DNA of 64,000 bases. It comes from Cyanophora paradoxa CCMP329 (Eukaryota > Plantae > Glaucophyta). The DNA is taken from contig QPMI01000207.1 of the NCBI GenBank assembly GCA_004431415.1, positions 62,001 through 126,000 on the forward strand, given 5' to 3'. The translations under genes and the position numbers were made by a program. A model generated the notes under the pieces. It was not told the origin of the DNA. It ran no database searches and saw nothing but the letters and a program-made list of their open reading frames with translations. Shown piece after piece: positions 35,924-48,800 of the stretch. The first letter of the stretch is position 1. Every line of letters starts with the position of its first letter.

Positions 35924-38900
35924 ATGGCAGACCCGCCGGATCAGCTTGCAGTGCTAGAGGATCTAATTGCCAACGTCCGCCAGTCTGGCGTGGTCTCCGG
36001 AGCGGCAGTCGCCTCGGCGGGCATAGCGGAGAAGCTGCTGAGCCTTGAATGCACTGATTTGAACTTCTCGGTGCGCCGTTTCTCTCCTAGAATGCCTTCG
36101 TCTCGCACGCGTGTCCGCAGCTAAGCCTCGCCCAGCGGTACGCGCTGGTGCGGGACCTCCGCGCTCGCATCGCTCAATCCATGGGCCCCGCTCTCGAGGA
36201 GCACATTGCAGCGCTCCGCAACGCCGGCACGCGCTCCCGACCGCGAGGGTCCTGTGGTGGCTGACGCGCCGCGCAGACGCGGTCGGGGCGCACGAGGCGG
36301 CCATCGCGGAGGCGAACCTCGCGGAAACTCTCGCTTCGCGACGGGAATTCCAGGAGCTGCTGGCCGACGCGGCGCGTGAGCTGCGTGCAGCGGTTGAAAC
36401 GGCGGGCGGCGGACGTGCCGCGCCTCGCAGGGCGGAGGTGGAGGAAGAGGAGGAGGAAGAGGTGAACTTCTTTGACGACGGGGACGGCCCGGCGCCGGGC
36501 GGGGGCGGCGGCGTGGTCCTCTGGCAGCGCGGCGACTCCGACTCCGACTCCGACTCGAATTTCGTGCGCGCCCCGTCCCGCGCCCCCGGCCCTGCCGCCC
36601 GCCGCGCCGCCGACGCGCGGCAGAGCGTCTCGAGCATCCCGCCGTACGACGAGATGCGGGCCGTGGCGGGGCAGATGGCGCCCGAGCAGCCGGCGGGGAC
36701 GCGGCGGGGGGCGATGGCGGCGGCCGCCCACTTCTCCCCCGGGGACATCCTCTCCTCGGAGCATTGGCCCGCCCTCTGCGCCGCTCTCGGGGCCGCCCTC
36801 GCCGACTCGGAGCCGCCGTGCGCCCTCCCCGCCCTCGCGCTGGCGGGGAGCCCCCTCACCGCCGGCAGGATCGCCCGGGAGGCCCTGCTACTGCACGCTG
36901 CACTCTTCCGCGCCGCCTCGCCCGTGCAGACGGGCGCGCCGGCCCCTCCCCGCCGGGCAAGTGCGGGCCTGACGCGCGCGCAGGGGAAGTGTACCTCTCG
37001 CTGGCCGCCCACCTCGCCGACCGCTACGCCGTGGGCGAGGAGGGCGCCCCGCCCCGGGAGGCCCCGGCCGCGCCGGGCTCCCCCGCGTTCGCCGCCGCCC
37101 TCGCCAAGTTCCGCCTCCTCCGCCGCATGGCCGGCGAGCTGCCGGCCCAGTGGGGTGCGCCCCGTCCCCGCCCCCGCCGCCGCGCGCCCGGCGCGAGGGC
37201 CCCGCAGTGAACTACCCGGACTCGCTGACGGCGGCGCTGATGACGGCCACCTGCCGCCTGCTGCGCCACGCGCACGCGGCGCCCGCCGGGCCCCCGAGGC
37301 CTTCGCGACGGCCGGGGAGTACGCGGCGGGGGTGGACCCCCTGGCGGCCTGGTTCGACGCCTGGTCGGCGGGGGCCCGGATGCGGGCCGCCCTCGCCCGC
37401 GCCGCCACCGCCACCGGCCTCCTCCCGGACCTCGTCGCCTGCGCCCTCGCCCACGCCCCCGAGGGCCCCGCCCCGGGCCCCGCCTGCCGGCCCCTCCTCG
37501 GCCCGGCGCCTCGCGTGCGTGCAGTCCCACGCCGTCCTCTGCCGCCTTCTCCGCTCCGCCGAGGGGCGCGCCCCTTCGAGGCCCCCGGGGGGCCCTCCCG
37601 CCGCTGGCAGACCTCGTGGCGGCCCTCGGGCGGCGGCTGCGGGCGGCGCTGCAGCGCGGGGCGCCCCGGCGGGGGCCCGGATCACGGCGTGCGCGGGCGG
37701 CTGCCTCGCCGACCTCGCCTCCGCCGGCCTCCTCCCCCCAGCGAGCTCTCCGCCCTCCTCGCCGCCGCCTCCGCCGCCGCGCCCCTCCCCCCGCGCCCGC
37801 CGCCGCCGCCGCCGCCACACTGCGCGCTGCCGCTGCCCTCCCCGCCGCTCGCCGCGCCCTCCTCCGCCTCGAGCGGGCCGCCGCCCCGGCGAGGGGCCCC
37901 TCGCCCGCCTCGCCGCCCTCGCCGCCGCCCTCGCCGCCCGAAAACTCCCGCTGGCCTGCGGCGGGGGCCCCGAGGAGCGCGAGGAGGCGGCGGCGGGCGT
38001 CTCGGCGGCCTTCGCGTCAGCCCTCGCGCCGCTGCTGCGGTGCCCGCGCGCGGGGCCGGCGGCCCTCGCGCCGGGCCTGCCGGAGGCTCTGCACCGCCGC
38101 CTCGCGGCTGCCGAGCGTGCGGGCGGCCCCGCAGCCGCCGCCGAGGCCGCCGCGCTCGCCGACGCCCTCCTGGCCGCCGCCAGCACGCCCCTCGGCCTCC
38201 GCCGCCTTGAGGCCGCCGGCCCGGGGCCCTCGCCGCCGCCGCCCGCGCCCTCCTCCCCGCCCTCGCCCACCGCCCTCCCCGCCCGGGGGCCCTCTGGGCG
38301 CTGCACGCCCTCGCCGGCTCGCCGGCGGGGGCGGCGGCGCTCGCCGAGGCCGGCCTATTTGAGCGCTGCGCGCGGGAGCTCCCCGCCGCCCTCGCCGCCG
38401 ACGGGCCGGCCCCTGGCGCCCCCGGCGCGCCCGCGCTGCTGGCGCCCCTCGCCGCTCTCTTCGCCTCGCCGGAGACGTGGGCGCGGGGCTCGCCCTCGGG
38501 GGCGCGGCGGGGGCGCTGCTGGAGGAGGCGGCGCTGGTGCGGGCGGCGGAGAGGCGGCAGGCGCTGGAGCCCTTCGAGGAGGGGCACGGGGCGGGCCTGC
38601 GCCTCCTCGCCGCCGCCGCCTGCTCCTCCCTCGACTCCCTCGCCCTCCTCGAGGCCCGCCTCGGCCCCCGCGCCGCCCTCCGCGCCCTCCAGCGCGACGC
38701 GCCCCTCCACCCCGCCCTCGGCTGCCCCGCCGACCCCCTCTCCCTCCTCCGCCGCCGCCTCCTCGCCCTCACGGGCTCCATCGGCGGGCGCGGCGAGCGG
38801 CGCGTGCCCGCCGCATCCCTCCCCGACGTGGGCCTGCGCTGGGCCCCGCCCCCCAACATCGACTCGGTGCGCCACCCGCGCCACCCACGCGCTGCGCCGG

Positions 38901-40466
38901 TGCGAGGCGGCGCAGGCGGTGACCGTGGAGGAGCTGATGAGCCGGGAGGCCCCCGGCTCGGCCGCCTGGAACGCCCTCCGCCAGCAGCAGGCCCGCGCCC
39001 CGCCCGCCCCGCAGGCCCCGCCCTCACCCGCCCCGCAGTTTCCCCTCCGCATCCACCAGGTCTGGACCCCCGCGGAGGGCACCCGGCCCCGCTTGTCACC
39101 CCCGCCCCTGCCCCCCTCAGCCTGGGCGGACCCCTCCGAGCCCCAACACCATCCCGCCCCCTCCCCGGCCGCCGCGCCGTCCCGCCCCATCCCAGGGGGC
39201 GCCCCCGAGCCAGTGGCGCCCCCGGAAGCGATAGCCGTACCCGTCGACTCGGACGACGAGGCTCCGCCGGCAGCGTCGGAGGCGAGCCCCGCGGAGCGCG
39301 CCGCGGCCGAGGAGGCGGTGGCGGCCGTCGCGGGGGCGCTGCGGGGCGGCGAACCCGACGCCCTCCCGAGCGCCGTTGCGGCCCTGCTTCGCCTGCGCGG
39401 CCCTGCGCTCCGAGCCGCTGCCGCCGGCGCGCTTGAGGCGTGGGCAGAATTCCGTGGTCCGGCGCCGCCGCCGGTTGGCTCGGGGGTGAGCGTGCGGGGC
39501 CGCCGGGGTGCGGAGGAGGCGGAGGCGGAGGCGGCGGAGACATTCGCCGCCGGCCTCCTCGCCAAGTGCCGCCCCGCCCTGGTCCGGCCGGCGCCCCGCC
39601 TCTGACCCCGCGCAGGTATGCAGTGGCGCTGGGGGTAGCCCCTCCGTCGGAGGCGCCAGCCCTTGCCGCCGCCGCCCGCCGCCTCTCCCGCCGCAGCGCC
39701 GCCCGCCCCTGCGCCAGCGCAGCCTGCTCTGCGGTGCGGGCCGCCAGTGCGTCTGGGGGCGCAACTCGACCGACGCGCGGCGCAGCGGCGCGGGGCGTTC
39801 GACTGGCTGGCGGGCGTGCTGCTGATCCTCTGCGGAGGCGACGAGCCGCGCGCGGCCGCCCTCCTCGAGGCCCTGGCGGCCCACGCGGCGGGCGCCCTCG
39901 CGGCCCTCGCCCCGCGGCGCTGCTGCACGTGCGGCGAGGCCGAGCCGGCCCCCGTGCGCGTCGCCCACGCCGTGGACCGCCTCCTCGCCGCCCAGGCCCC
40001 CGCCCTCTACGGCGCCTTCGCCGCCTCCGGCCTCCCGCCCTCCGCGGTCCGCCTGCGCCCCGCCCCTTGCCCGGCCAGACGGGGCGCCCACGTGCACGTG
40101 CGGCAGGTGGCGTCGCTGTGGTGCGGGCAGGCGCTGCTCAACGCGCTCCCGGCAGACGACGTGGCGCGGGGGGCCTGCCTCGCCGTCCTTCTCGGCCCCG
40201 ACGCCCTGGCCGCCTTCCTCGCCGCCGCCCTCGAGCTCGCCGGCCCCACCCTCCTCCCCGCGTGCGTGCCGCCCCACCCCCTGCCTTTGCCCCCGCGACC
40301 CCACCGACGGCCCTGTAGGGCGCGGGACGGGAGGCTGCGCGAGCGCGCCCTGGAGGAGCCGCTGCAGCTGGGGCCGGGGGCGGACCTCGCCGACGACCGC
40401 GGCGCCGGCCGCGTGCTCGAGCTGTGGCGCTCCCTGTCGCAGGACGACCCCGCCGGCGCGCGCTAG
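35924..40466 (+). CDS. TBC1D32: Broad-minded/BROMI-like ciliary protein
   Basis: PGDILSSEHW, VDPLAAWF, IGGRGERRVP, FDWLAGVLLILCGGD and HAVDRLL...P..Y.AF..SG..PS....W...LLGPD match recalled BROMI blocks. The middle part is degenerate or frameshifted. Confidence 0.72.
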
Positions 40467-40649
40467 GCGTTGTTCTGTGAAGTCGCTGGGCTAGCGCTAG
40501 CGCTAGCGCTAGCGCTAGTGCTAGCGCTGTGAATTGAAATCCTAAACCCCCGTGGACCTTCTTCCCTCCCCTGGAGTTTTCTTGCACCCCCAATCGTTTT
40601 TTTCGCATCTCGCATCATCGTTCCGCGCGTGCCTCCAGCCTCTGGCAGC

Positions 40650-41105
40650 ATGAACTCCGCGGCCCAGCTGCAGCCTCAGCAGAACTCTGGCACGCCCTTG
40701 AAGAGCCCGCGCCAATTTGGCATTGCGGATAAACTCGGTGCGTGCTCCCGCAGGCCGAGGCCGGGGACAGCCTCTTGCCTGCGGCGTCGCTTCACTCTTT
40801 CTAACTAGTTCGTTCTCGGTTTATGCAACCGGCAGTACACGGCGCTGGTTCGTTCGAATCGCGTGATTGCCATAGCACGCGCGCGAGCGGCGGCGAGCCT
40901 GCGTGCTGACTGCCGGCGCGTCTCAGAAATGTTCGGAGCATTGGCGTTGCAGCGACCGGGGCTCGCGGTGGACCTCTTCAGGGAGCGGAAGCTCTCGGAG
41001 CACGAATCCAATTCGAATTCGAAGAGTATTGTTGCCCCGGCCGCGGAGCCGCGCCGATCGTTCGACCTGCAGCCGCGCAAGTCGCACGTGGTGGCCAGCA
41101 AGTGA
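40650..41105 (+). CDS. Small hypothetical protein (~100 aa, 3 exons)
   Basis: MNSAAQLQPQQNSGTPLKSPRQFGIADKL|VRSRFMQPAVHGA|EMFGALALQ...VVASK*. Two GT-AG introns with branch-point-like motifs keep the frame. No homology recognised. Confidence 0.5.
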
Positions 41106-41945
41106 GCAGGCTGAAGCCGCCGACTCGTTTCAGCACCAATTTTCAAGGTCCCCAGGCCAAATTCTGCATTGTGCTAGAGCACTTCCGATGTGCAGTCCAA
41201 GCTTCCATCCTCCATCCCTCTTTGGTCCGCGTATGGCCACGCTCATTATGGCCAAGCTCAGTTTTCATGCTTTCGTCGTCAGCCTTTCGCCGCAGAGTGT
41301 CGTGTGTGTTAGCAATTTTGCAAGTGCGATATCGATAGGTTCTGATCTCCATTACTTTCAGATGTTCAGTTTAACTTTAGTAATGTAAGCGGTGCAGTGA
41401 TTTCTAGATTATCTAGACCTTTTCGGAAGATCCGTTGTGAGTGAGTGCATTTTCTACTGTAAATACGTATACCTGCGGAAATCAATGTTATGGAGTCCGG
41501 GCCGGGGAGTGTTCGAGCTCGAGCTCGAGCTCGAACAGGGCCGCGCCGGGGGGGGCGCGGCTGCGGCGCGCGCCGGCCGCAGCTGCAGCTAGCGCTAGCT
41601 ATAGCTATAGCGCTGCAGCTGCAGCGCGCGTGCGGCGCCGGCGCGGCCGGCGCCGGCGCCTGCGCCCCGCGCGCGCAGCCATGCATGCGCAACCGCGCGC
41701 GTATTTAAGTTCCCACCCGCGCGCGTGTACGTGTACATGTACATGTGCACGGTTCACGTGCACGTGCGCATGCGGCATGCACATGCGCATGCGCAAACAT
41801 CGCCGAGTCGACCTAGGCCTGGAGCTCGAGCATGCGCAATGTTGCCCTCTAGATGCGCATGCAAGCCTAGCCGCAGTTCTGGCGTCGGCGCCGCGGCGGG
41901 AGTACAGCGTCGCACCAGGGCAGGGGGAGTACAGTGTTGTGCGCG

Positions 41946-44900
41946 ATGGCGTCGAAGCCGGTGAACCTGCGGGGCCTTGGGCTCATCGGGTGCGAGTTTC
42001 CATTATAATTCGTCTCTGATGGTCGCGCAACTTCTCGAGCTCCGCCCTCTTCTCCGTCCTCGTGCGACGCGCCGCGCGCTGACGCCTGTGCCCCGCGCCC
42101 CGCCGCGCATTACCCCCGGGCAATGAAGAAGTGCGTTAAATGGCTGAATGGGTCGATTTGAGTCTGACCTGGCCTGAATTCAGACTGTAACTTCTCGGCC
42201 CTCATCGACGCCAGAGCGTGCGTTTCCCGGTCTGTCGGCGTGCTGCCAGCGCTCAATGGCTCACAGCTCCATCGTCTGGAGCTGCCTCGTAAGCGCGCTC
42301 GCAGCGCTCATCCGCCGCGTCACATGTTCTCGCTCCCTTGGAATGTGTACACGCACGTCCGCGCTCCCGCGTTGCTTATGAGCGCCTGCGCGTCTTGCAG
42401 CCGCGATTCGATGGCGATCCGGTGTTCTGCAGCCTTCTGCGCAAGGCGAGCGTGGCAGTGGCAGCGATGACTGCAGCTGCGTTCGCGCTCCTGACATTCA
42501 TGCCGCGCAGACGGACGACATGGGGTTCTTCGACATTCAGGTGGATAATTTTGCGTCATCGCGACAGAGCTACGTCCCAGGCACGGCCATTCTCTCGACA
42601 ACGCTTGAAGACGCGAATGGCGGTGAAGTTGAAGTGCTGGTGCGCGGCGGGTTATCGCGCGCCGGGCTGCGTGCACAGCATCGACGTCGCGCAGGACTTT
42701 GCCCCTCGCTTCCGGCGGTTTGGCCGTGTCTTCCGCCCAGTCATGATCATCCGCCAGGTTTCCCGCTTCTTTTTCTGGAGATCTGTCATTCGCTCTTCTC
42801 ACCGCGCGGCGACCGCAGCTCACGCCGACCAAGGGCCGCCCCCGCATCCGCGTCCGGCTCCGGCCGACATTCGCCTATGGGTGCGGCGGCACTGCGGCCG
42901 TGGCGCACAGCGGAAAACGTGTGTTGAATATCCGTAGGTGGGGCACTCCCGAGCGCACGCGGGGCTCGAATCACATCCGCTACCTGCTGCCGACGTTCAC
43001 GTTGCGACTGACGACGAATGCGCCCATTTCATACATCGCGGACGAGACGAAGGTCGGAGAGTGGTTGTCGCCTCGAGCTTGTGGCCTCGAACTCCGCGCC
43101 CGCCCGTCGCCCATGCCGCCGCCCCGCCCGTAGTTCGTGCTGGAGGACAAGGTCTTCCTCATCCTCATGCCCGACGAGAGGCGCGCCGGCGCGCCGGCCC
43201 GCGCGCCGCGCCGGGGGCGACGGGGCGCGCAGCCTCTCCGAGTCGCCGGGGGAGGTGGTCTCCGAGTTCTTGCGCGCCACGCAGGAGTACTGGGGCATCT
43301 TCGTCCGCGGCCTCTCGGCCCGCCCCGCCCCCGCCCTGCCCCGCCCCCGCCGGCCGGCCGCCTGAGCGCGGCGCAGATCCCGTTCGAGTGGCAGGCGGCG
43401 GTCATCCGGTCGGCGATCACCCTCCGCCTCTCCGCCTTCGAGGAGACCGGCGCCATCGTCGCCGTGCGCCCCGCCCGCTTCCGCGCCGGCCCGCCCCTGA
43501 GCGCCGCCCGGCAGGCCCCGACGACGTCCGTGGCGGACGCGCCGGGGCCCTGGGGCCGCACCTTCGACCCCCGCTACTGTTTCTTGCGCGACGCGTACTT
43601 CGTGGTCACGACCCTCAACGAGTCCGCCCCGCGCCGCCCCGGCCCGGCCCGGCCCGGCCCGCCCTCCCCGAGGCGCGTGCCCCGCAGGCTCGGGGTGACG
43701 AACATGATGGAGGGGTGCGGCGGCCTGCGCCGTGGCCTGCGCCGTGGCCTGCGCCGGCCGGGCCCGCCGAGCGGGACGGGGCGCAGGTACCTGGCGTGGA
43801 TCACGAACGTCGTGGCCGGCTTCGGGGGCGACGCCGACGCCAAGAAGCTCCAGCCCGTCTACGGCCTCGCCCTCGAGACCCGCCTCCACGAGAAGGCCCG
43901 CCCCGCCCCGCCCCGCCCCCCGCGCCCCGCCCCGCCGACGGGAGCGCAGGAGGTGCACCGCCTGCCGGGCTACCGCGGCATCGGGCCCGTCCGCGTCGGC
44001 AACAAGGCGCGCCGCCGGCCGTCCACCCGCGCCCCGCGCCTGAGGCGGCGGTTGCGGCCCCGGCGCAGGCGTTCAGCGAGTCGCAGCACGACGTCTACGG
44101 CGCCGTCATCCTCGCCTCCACGCAGGTCCCCGCCCGCCCCCTCCTCGCGCTCCTCGAGGGGCCCGCGGCGAGGCGGGGCAGATGTTCTTCGACGAGCGCA
44201 TCGCGTCGGCGAACCGGAGCCGGAGCCTCTTCGAGCGGCTGGAGGACCTGGGCGCCATCGCCTCCTCGCTCTACGACAAGGCCGACTTCGGCCCCTTCGG
44301 CGCCTCCGAGCGCGCCGTCTTCCACACCTTCTCCGCCGTCATGTGCTGGGCCCGCCCCGCCCCCGCCCCGCCCCCCGCCTACTGCGACGCCCTGACGCCC
44401 CCCCGCGCGCGCAGGCCGGCGTTGACCGCCTCGCAAAGATCGCCGCCCGCCTCGGCCTTCGCGAGCGCGCGCAGGTCCGCCCCGCGCCTTTCTCCCCTCC
44501 CTGCGCGCTTCGCTGAGCTCACGGGCGGCAGCACTGGGGCGGCATCGCCGCCGGCATGCACCCGCGCATCGTCGTGCGCGACGTGGCCCCGCGCCCCCGC
44601 CGCTCGCCGGGGCGAGCGGGGCGGGCAGGGGCGGGCGTGGGAGGAGCGGCGGCAGACGCTGGTGTCGACGGAGGAGGGGGAGGTGCACGCGGACCTGCTG
44701 CTGCTCCCCCAGCTCGGCTTCCTCCCCGCCACCGACCCCAAGTTCCTCTCCACCCTCGCCGAGGTCCCCCCGCCCGCCCCGCCCCCGGCGCCCCGCCGCC
44801 CGACGCGGGGCGCAGGTGGAGCGCCGCCTCCGCAAGGGCGCCTTCCTCGTCAAGTACGACCGCCCGCCGGCCACACCCCGCCCGGGCACCCCCGTCCCCG

Positions 44901-45449
44901 CCGCCTCCCGCCCCCGGCCCCGGCCCCCGGCGCCGCCTGGCAGCGCGACGCCCCCGCGGGGCCACGGGGGCGGCCCCCGCCGCCCCACCGTCTCCGCCAC
45001 CGCCACCTTCTGGTGCGCGGCGGCGGCCCCGGGGCGGGTCGCGGGGGCGGGGGCCGGGAGGGAGCGGGGGCCGGGGGCAGGTACATCGCGGCGCTGGCGG
45101 AGGTGGGGCGGGCGGCCGAGGCGCGCTCCCTCTTCGAGGCCCTCCTCCACTCCTGCGTCAACGACGGTGCGCCCCGCCCCGCCCCGCCCCGCCCCGGGCC
45201 CGGGCCCGGGCCCGGCGCGGGGCGACGCCGGCGGGGCGGGGGCGGGGGCAGTGGGCCTGCTCTCGGACGACCTGCTGGTGCCGGGCGAGGGCGGGCCCGC
45301 CGAGCTCTGGGGCAACTTCCCCCAGGCCCGCCGCCCCCGCCCCGGCCCCTCCTTCCCGCCCTGACGCGCTCGCCCCGCAGACGGTGGCCCACGTCGGGCT
45401 TATCAACTGCGCCGCGACCCTCAGCCGCCCCTGGAAGGGCGCCTTCTGA
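41946..45449 (+). CDS. Glycoside hydrolase family 15 protein (bacterial glucoamylase/trehalase type), catalytic residues divergent
   Basis: SALID...SIVWSCLPRFDGDPVFCSLL, RSAITL, TGAIVAAPTTS, RYCFLRDA, QPVYG, GYRGIGPVRVGNKA, QHDVYG, HTFSAVMCWAGVDR and LWGNFPQTVAHVGLINCA. Confidence 0.9.
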
Positions 45450-45852
45450 GGTTTCCGGCGCCGCCGGGATCAAAACATCCAAGTCGGCGTCCAAGGCACA
45501 CCCCCCGGGCCAGCGGGCCTGGCGCCCCGACCCTGTACAACGTCCCCATTGGCTAACTCGGCTCACAACAGCCCTGAATGTAAATGAAGCACAACATTCA
45601 ATGAACTCGAAGCTTTCTAGGACGTGCAGACTAGGTGCGGACAACGCACGAGCTAGCCGCTGAGTTGCGGCGGTGCTACCTACGAGGTGAGAAGCTGCGG
45701 ACGACGCAGCAGGGCCCTCTGGAGAGGTGGAAGCGCGATGCCCCTGGGCCCCTGCCGCTGGGATCCAAGTGATGCGTGACCGGTACGGGATGTGCGCACG
45801 AAGCGAGCTCTACCCCCCAGATCGCCGCAGCGGCTGTGCGGCGCGCGACAGG

Positions 45853-48800
45853 ATGAAAGCGGGGTTCCTGTCGGGCCGCGCCGCGTCTAAGAAAGGCGTG
45901 TTCGATGAGGTCCTGCCGAGCGGATGCGTTTTCCGGGTGCCGGACGCGCCCACCTCCAGCCTCTTGGCGGCGCTCGTCCCGGAGAAGCACAGATTCGTGA
46001 CGCCGGTGCGAGCGCGGCCTAGCTAACTTCTCGCGGCTTCCGCGCGCTTCGAGCGCTCGCCTCCCGAGCGCCAGACGGGCCGGCAATCTGACTCGGCCCG
46101 CGCGCAGGAGCTGCGAAAGCGTCTCGACCCTGTCCCTGTCTTCGCGATCGCGATCGGAGATGAGCCGCTCGTCATCTCATACCGCAGTCCGAAGGCGCCA
46201 GCGTCGGCCCCTGCGGCGAGCTTCGCGTTCCTCTTCCTGCTCCCGAAGGACGTCGAGGAGGTCTTCAAGCGCGTGAAGCAGTGCGCTCGGCCCCGCCGCC
46301 GCGCCGCGCGCGAAGCGCTCGCCGGCACTGAACGGCCGTGCGCGCGGCCGGCAGGAAATCGCCGGAGCTGTTCAAGCACTGCACGATCGTTGCGTTGCAT
46401 CTGGACGAAGCTCTGGAGCTCGAGTCGTGGAGCCGCGAGCATGAAGCGACGTGGGGCTTTCGATACCGGTTCTTCTCGAACGCGCAGCACGTGCGGATCC
46501 CCGCCTGCGCCGCCGAGCGCCGCGCCCGACCCGGCAGAGCGCGCGCAGAACGAGGAGGCGGCTGTGCTTCATACGGCGAAGGGCCTCGCGGAGGAGGCGG
46601 CCGTCTTCCGGCGGGCCGCCGGGGAGAACAACTTCGCTCCCGAGAACGCCGGCCTGGTCCCCATTCCACCCCGATGAGGCGCTCTGAGTTTCGCTCTCCA
46701 TTAAGTTTCCCTCGCAGGTCCCCATGTTTGTCTCCCAGATGATTCGGTGCGCTGCGCCTGCCGCGCCCCGCGCCCGAGCCGGGCCGAGGGGGGCGGGGCA
46801 GGATGGCGGCGGCGGAGGGCTCGACGGAGCAGCAGACGCCGCTCTTCTTCACGCTGGCCGACGTGGACTACGCGGTGGCGCAGCTCAAGGCGGCCGGCGG
46901 GCCCTCGGAGTTCGCGGAGCAGGAGCGGCCCAAGTGGGTGGACCCGGGCTCCCTGCAGCGCGTCGTCGCCTCGATGATCGAGGCCGGCCGCCTCCTCGAC
47001 ATCGACGAGGAGTGGGCCCAGGCGCGCCCCGCCACCGCCCGCCCCCGGCAGCCGCCGGCGAGCGCTGAGGCGGGCGGGGGCCGCCAGGTGTGCTTCTTCC
47101 CGAACACGGAGGCGACGGAGTACGTCCAGCGCATGGACGCCGAGGTCAACGAGGCGCCCCGTGCGCCCGCCCCCGCCCCTCCCTTTCCCCTGCGCGCCCC
47201 GGCGGCCGAGGTGCGGTGGGGCGGCAGCGGAGTCGATGTACGCGCGGCGGGGCGCCGTCGCCTACGACGACGACACCATCGCCGTCTGCAACAAGGCCCG
47301 CGCCCCGCCCCCGCCGGCGCCGGGCGGCGCTGGGGCGGCGGGCTGAGGGAGGCTGCGGGGCAGGTGGACGCGGTGCGGGACCGGATCGCCCGCCTGGGCG
47401 AGCTCGGCGAGTTCGCGCCCCCCGGCGACCTCCTCCGCATGCGCGCCCCGCGCCCGCCCCGCCCCGCGCCCCGCGCCTCACGCCGGGCCAGGCTGGTGGT
47501 GGACGAGGCGCGCCTGCGCGGCGACCTCGAGCGGTACCGCGGGGAGCTCGCGCGCATGACCCGCGACGCCGCGCCCCGCGCCGCGCGCGCCCTCGCCGCC
47601 CTCGCCGCCGGCCCCGCCGACCACGACGTACGCCGCCCCTCTCCCCGCGGCGGCGGCGGCGGCGGGGTGCGACGGGGCGCAGCTGCCAGCGCACCGGGAG
47701 GTGGACCTGCGGCTGGGCTCGGCGCGGCGGGAGCTCGACGGGGCGCGCCTCGCGCTCGTCCGCCGCCTCGCCAAGTACGCCGAGGGCGGGCAGATCGCCA
47801 CCGGCCTCGCCCCGGCCCCGGAGGCCCCCGCCCCGCCCCGACGCCACCGAGCCGCCCCCGCCCGAGGAGGTGATGAGCCCGATCAGCCGCTCCGAGCAGC
47901 TCGCCGCCCTCCGCCACATCGCCGAGCTCGCCGCCAAGGGTCCGCCCCGCCCGCCCCGCCGGGCGCCGCGCGCCGGGCGCTGGGGCGAGGCGGGGGCGCA
48001 GGGGTGGCGACGCTGGAGATGCACCTCGAGGGCTGCGTGCCCCTCGTCCTGACCCTCCTCGAGGCCCCCGACACGGCCCCCGAGCTCCGCGCCGCCGCCG
48101 CCGCCGCCGCCCTTCGCTTCTGCGAGGCCGACCGTCCGCCCGCCCCGCCCCGCCGCCCGCCGCCCCGCCGAGGGCCCCCCGCAGAGTCGGCGAAGCGGCG
48201 CATCCTGGAGGAGAACGGGGCCGGCCCGCTGCTGGCGGCGGCGAAGGACGCGGGGTGGCGGGGCGGGAGGGCCAGGTGGACGCCGCGCGGGCGCTGCTGC
48301 AGGCGGCCTGCTCGAGCGCCGACGCCCTCGCCCGCGTCGCCGCCACCCCGGGCTTCTTCAACGTCCGTCGGCGCGCCCCGCCGGCCCCCCGCCTCCGCCT
48401 CAGTCCCGCGCAGGCGCTGGTGGAGCTGCTGCGCTCGGGCCCGCCGGCGGCGCTGGAGGAGGACCTCGTGCGCTGCGCGGCGGCCCTCGCGCTGAGCGCC
48501 CGCTTCCTCCACTGCCTCGACCGCGCCGCCGCCGGCGAGCCCGTCGAGCCCCGGCCCCGCCCCCGGAGGAGGAGGCGGCGGCTGGGGCGGAGGAGAAGGA
48601 GGCGGGGGCGCCGCCGGCGGGGGCGCTGGTGGCGGGGGCGCTGGCGCCGGTGCTGCGGGCGCTGCGGAGCCCCGAGAGCGTCGCCAACGCCGGCCTCGTC
48701 CTCCGCCTCGCCGCCGCCCAGCGTCCGCCCGCCCCGCCCCGCCCCGCCCGCCCCGCCCCGCTGAGGCCCGCAGCCGGCCAGGCGGCCCTCTTCGGGCGCC

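Noticed and set aside
367-40466. Functional gene cluster (ciliary CEP162 with BROMI, or chromatin ING with TFIIA and SET)
   Set aside because: The genes are interspersed with unrelated housekeeping genes and show no shared regulatory feature, so chance adjacency is sufficient.
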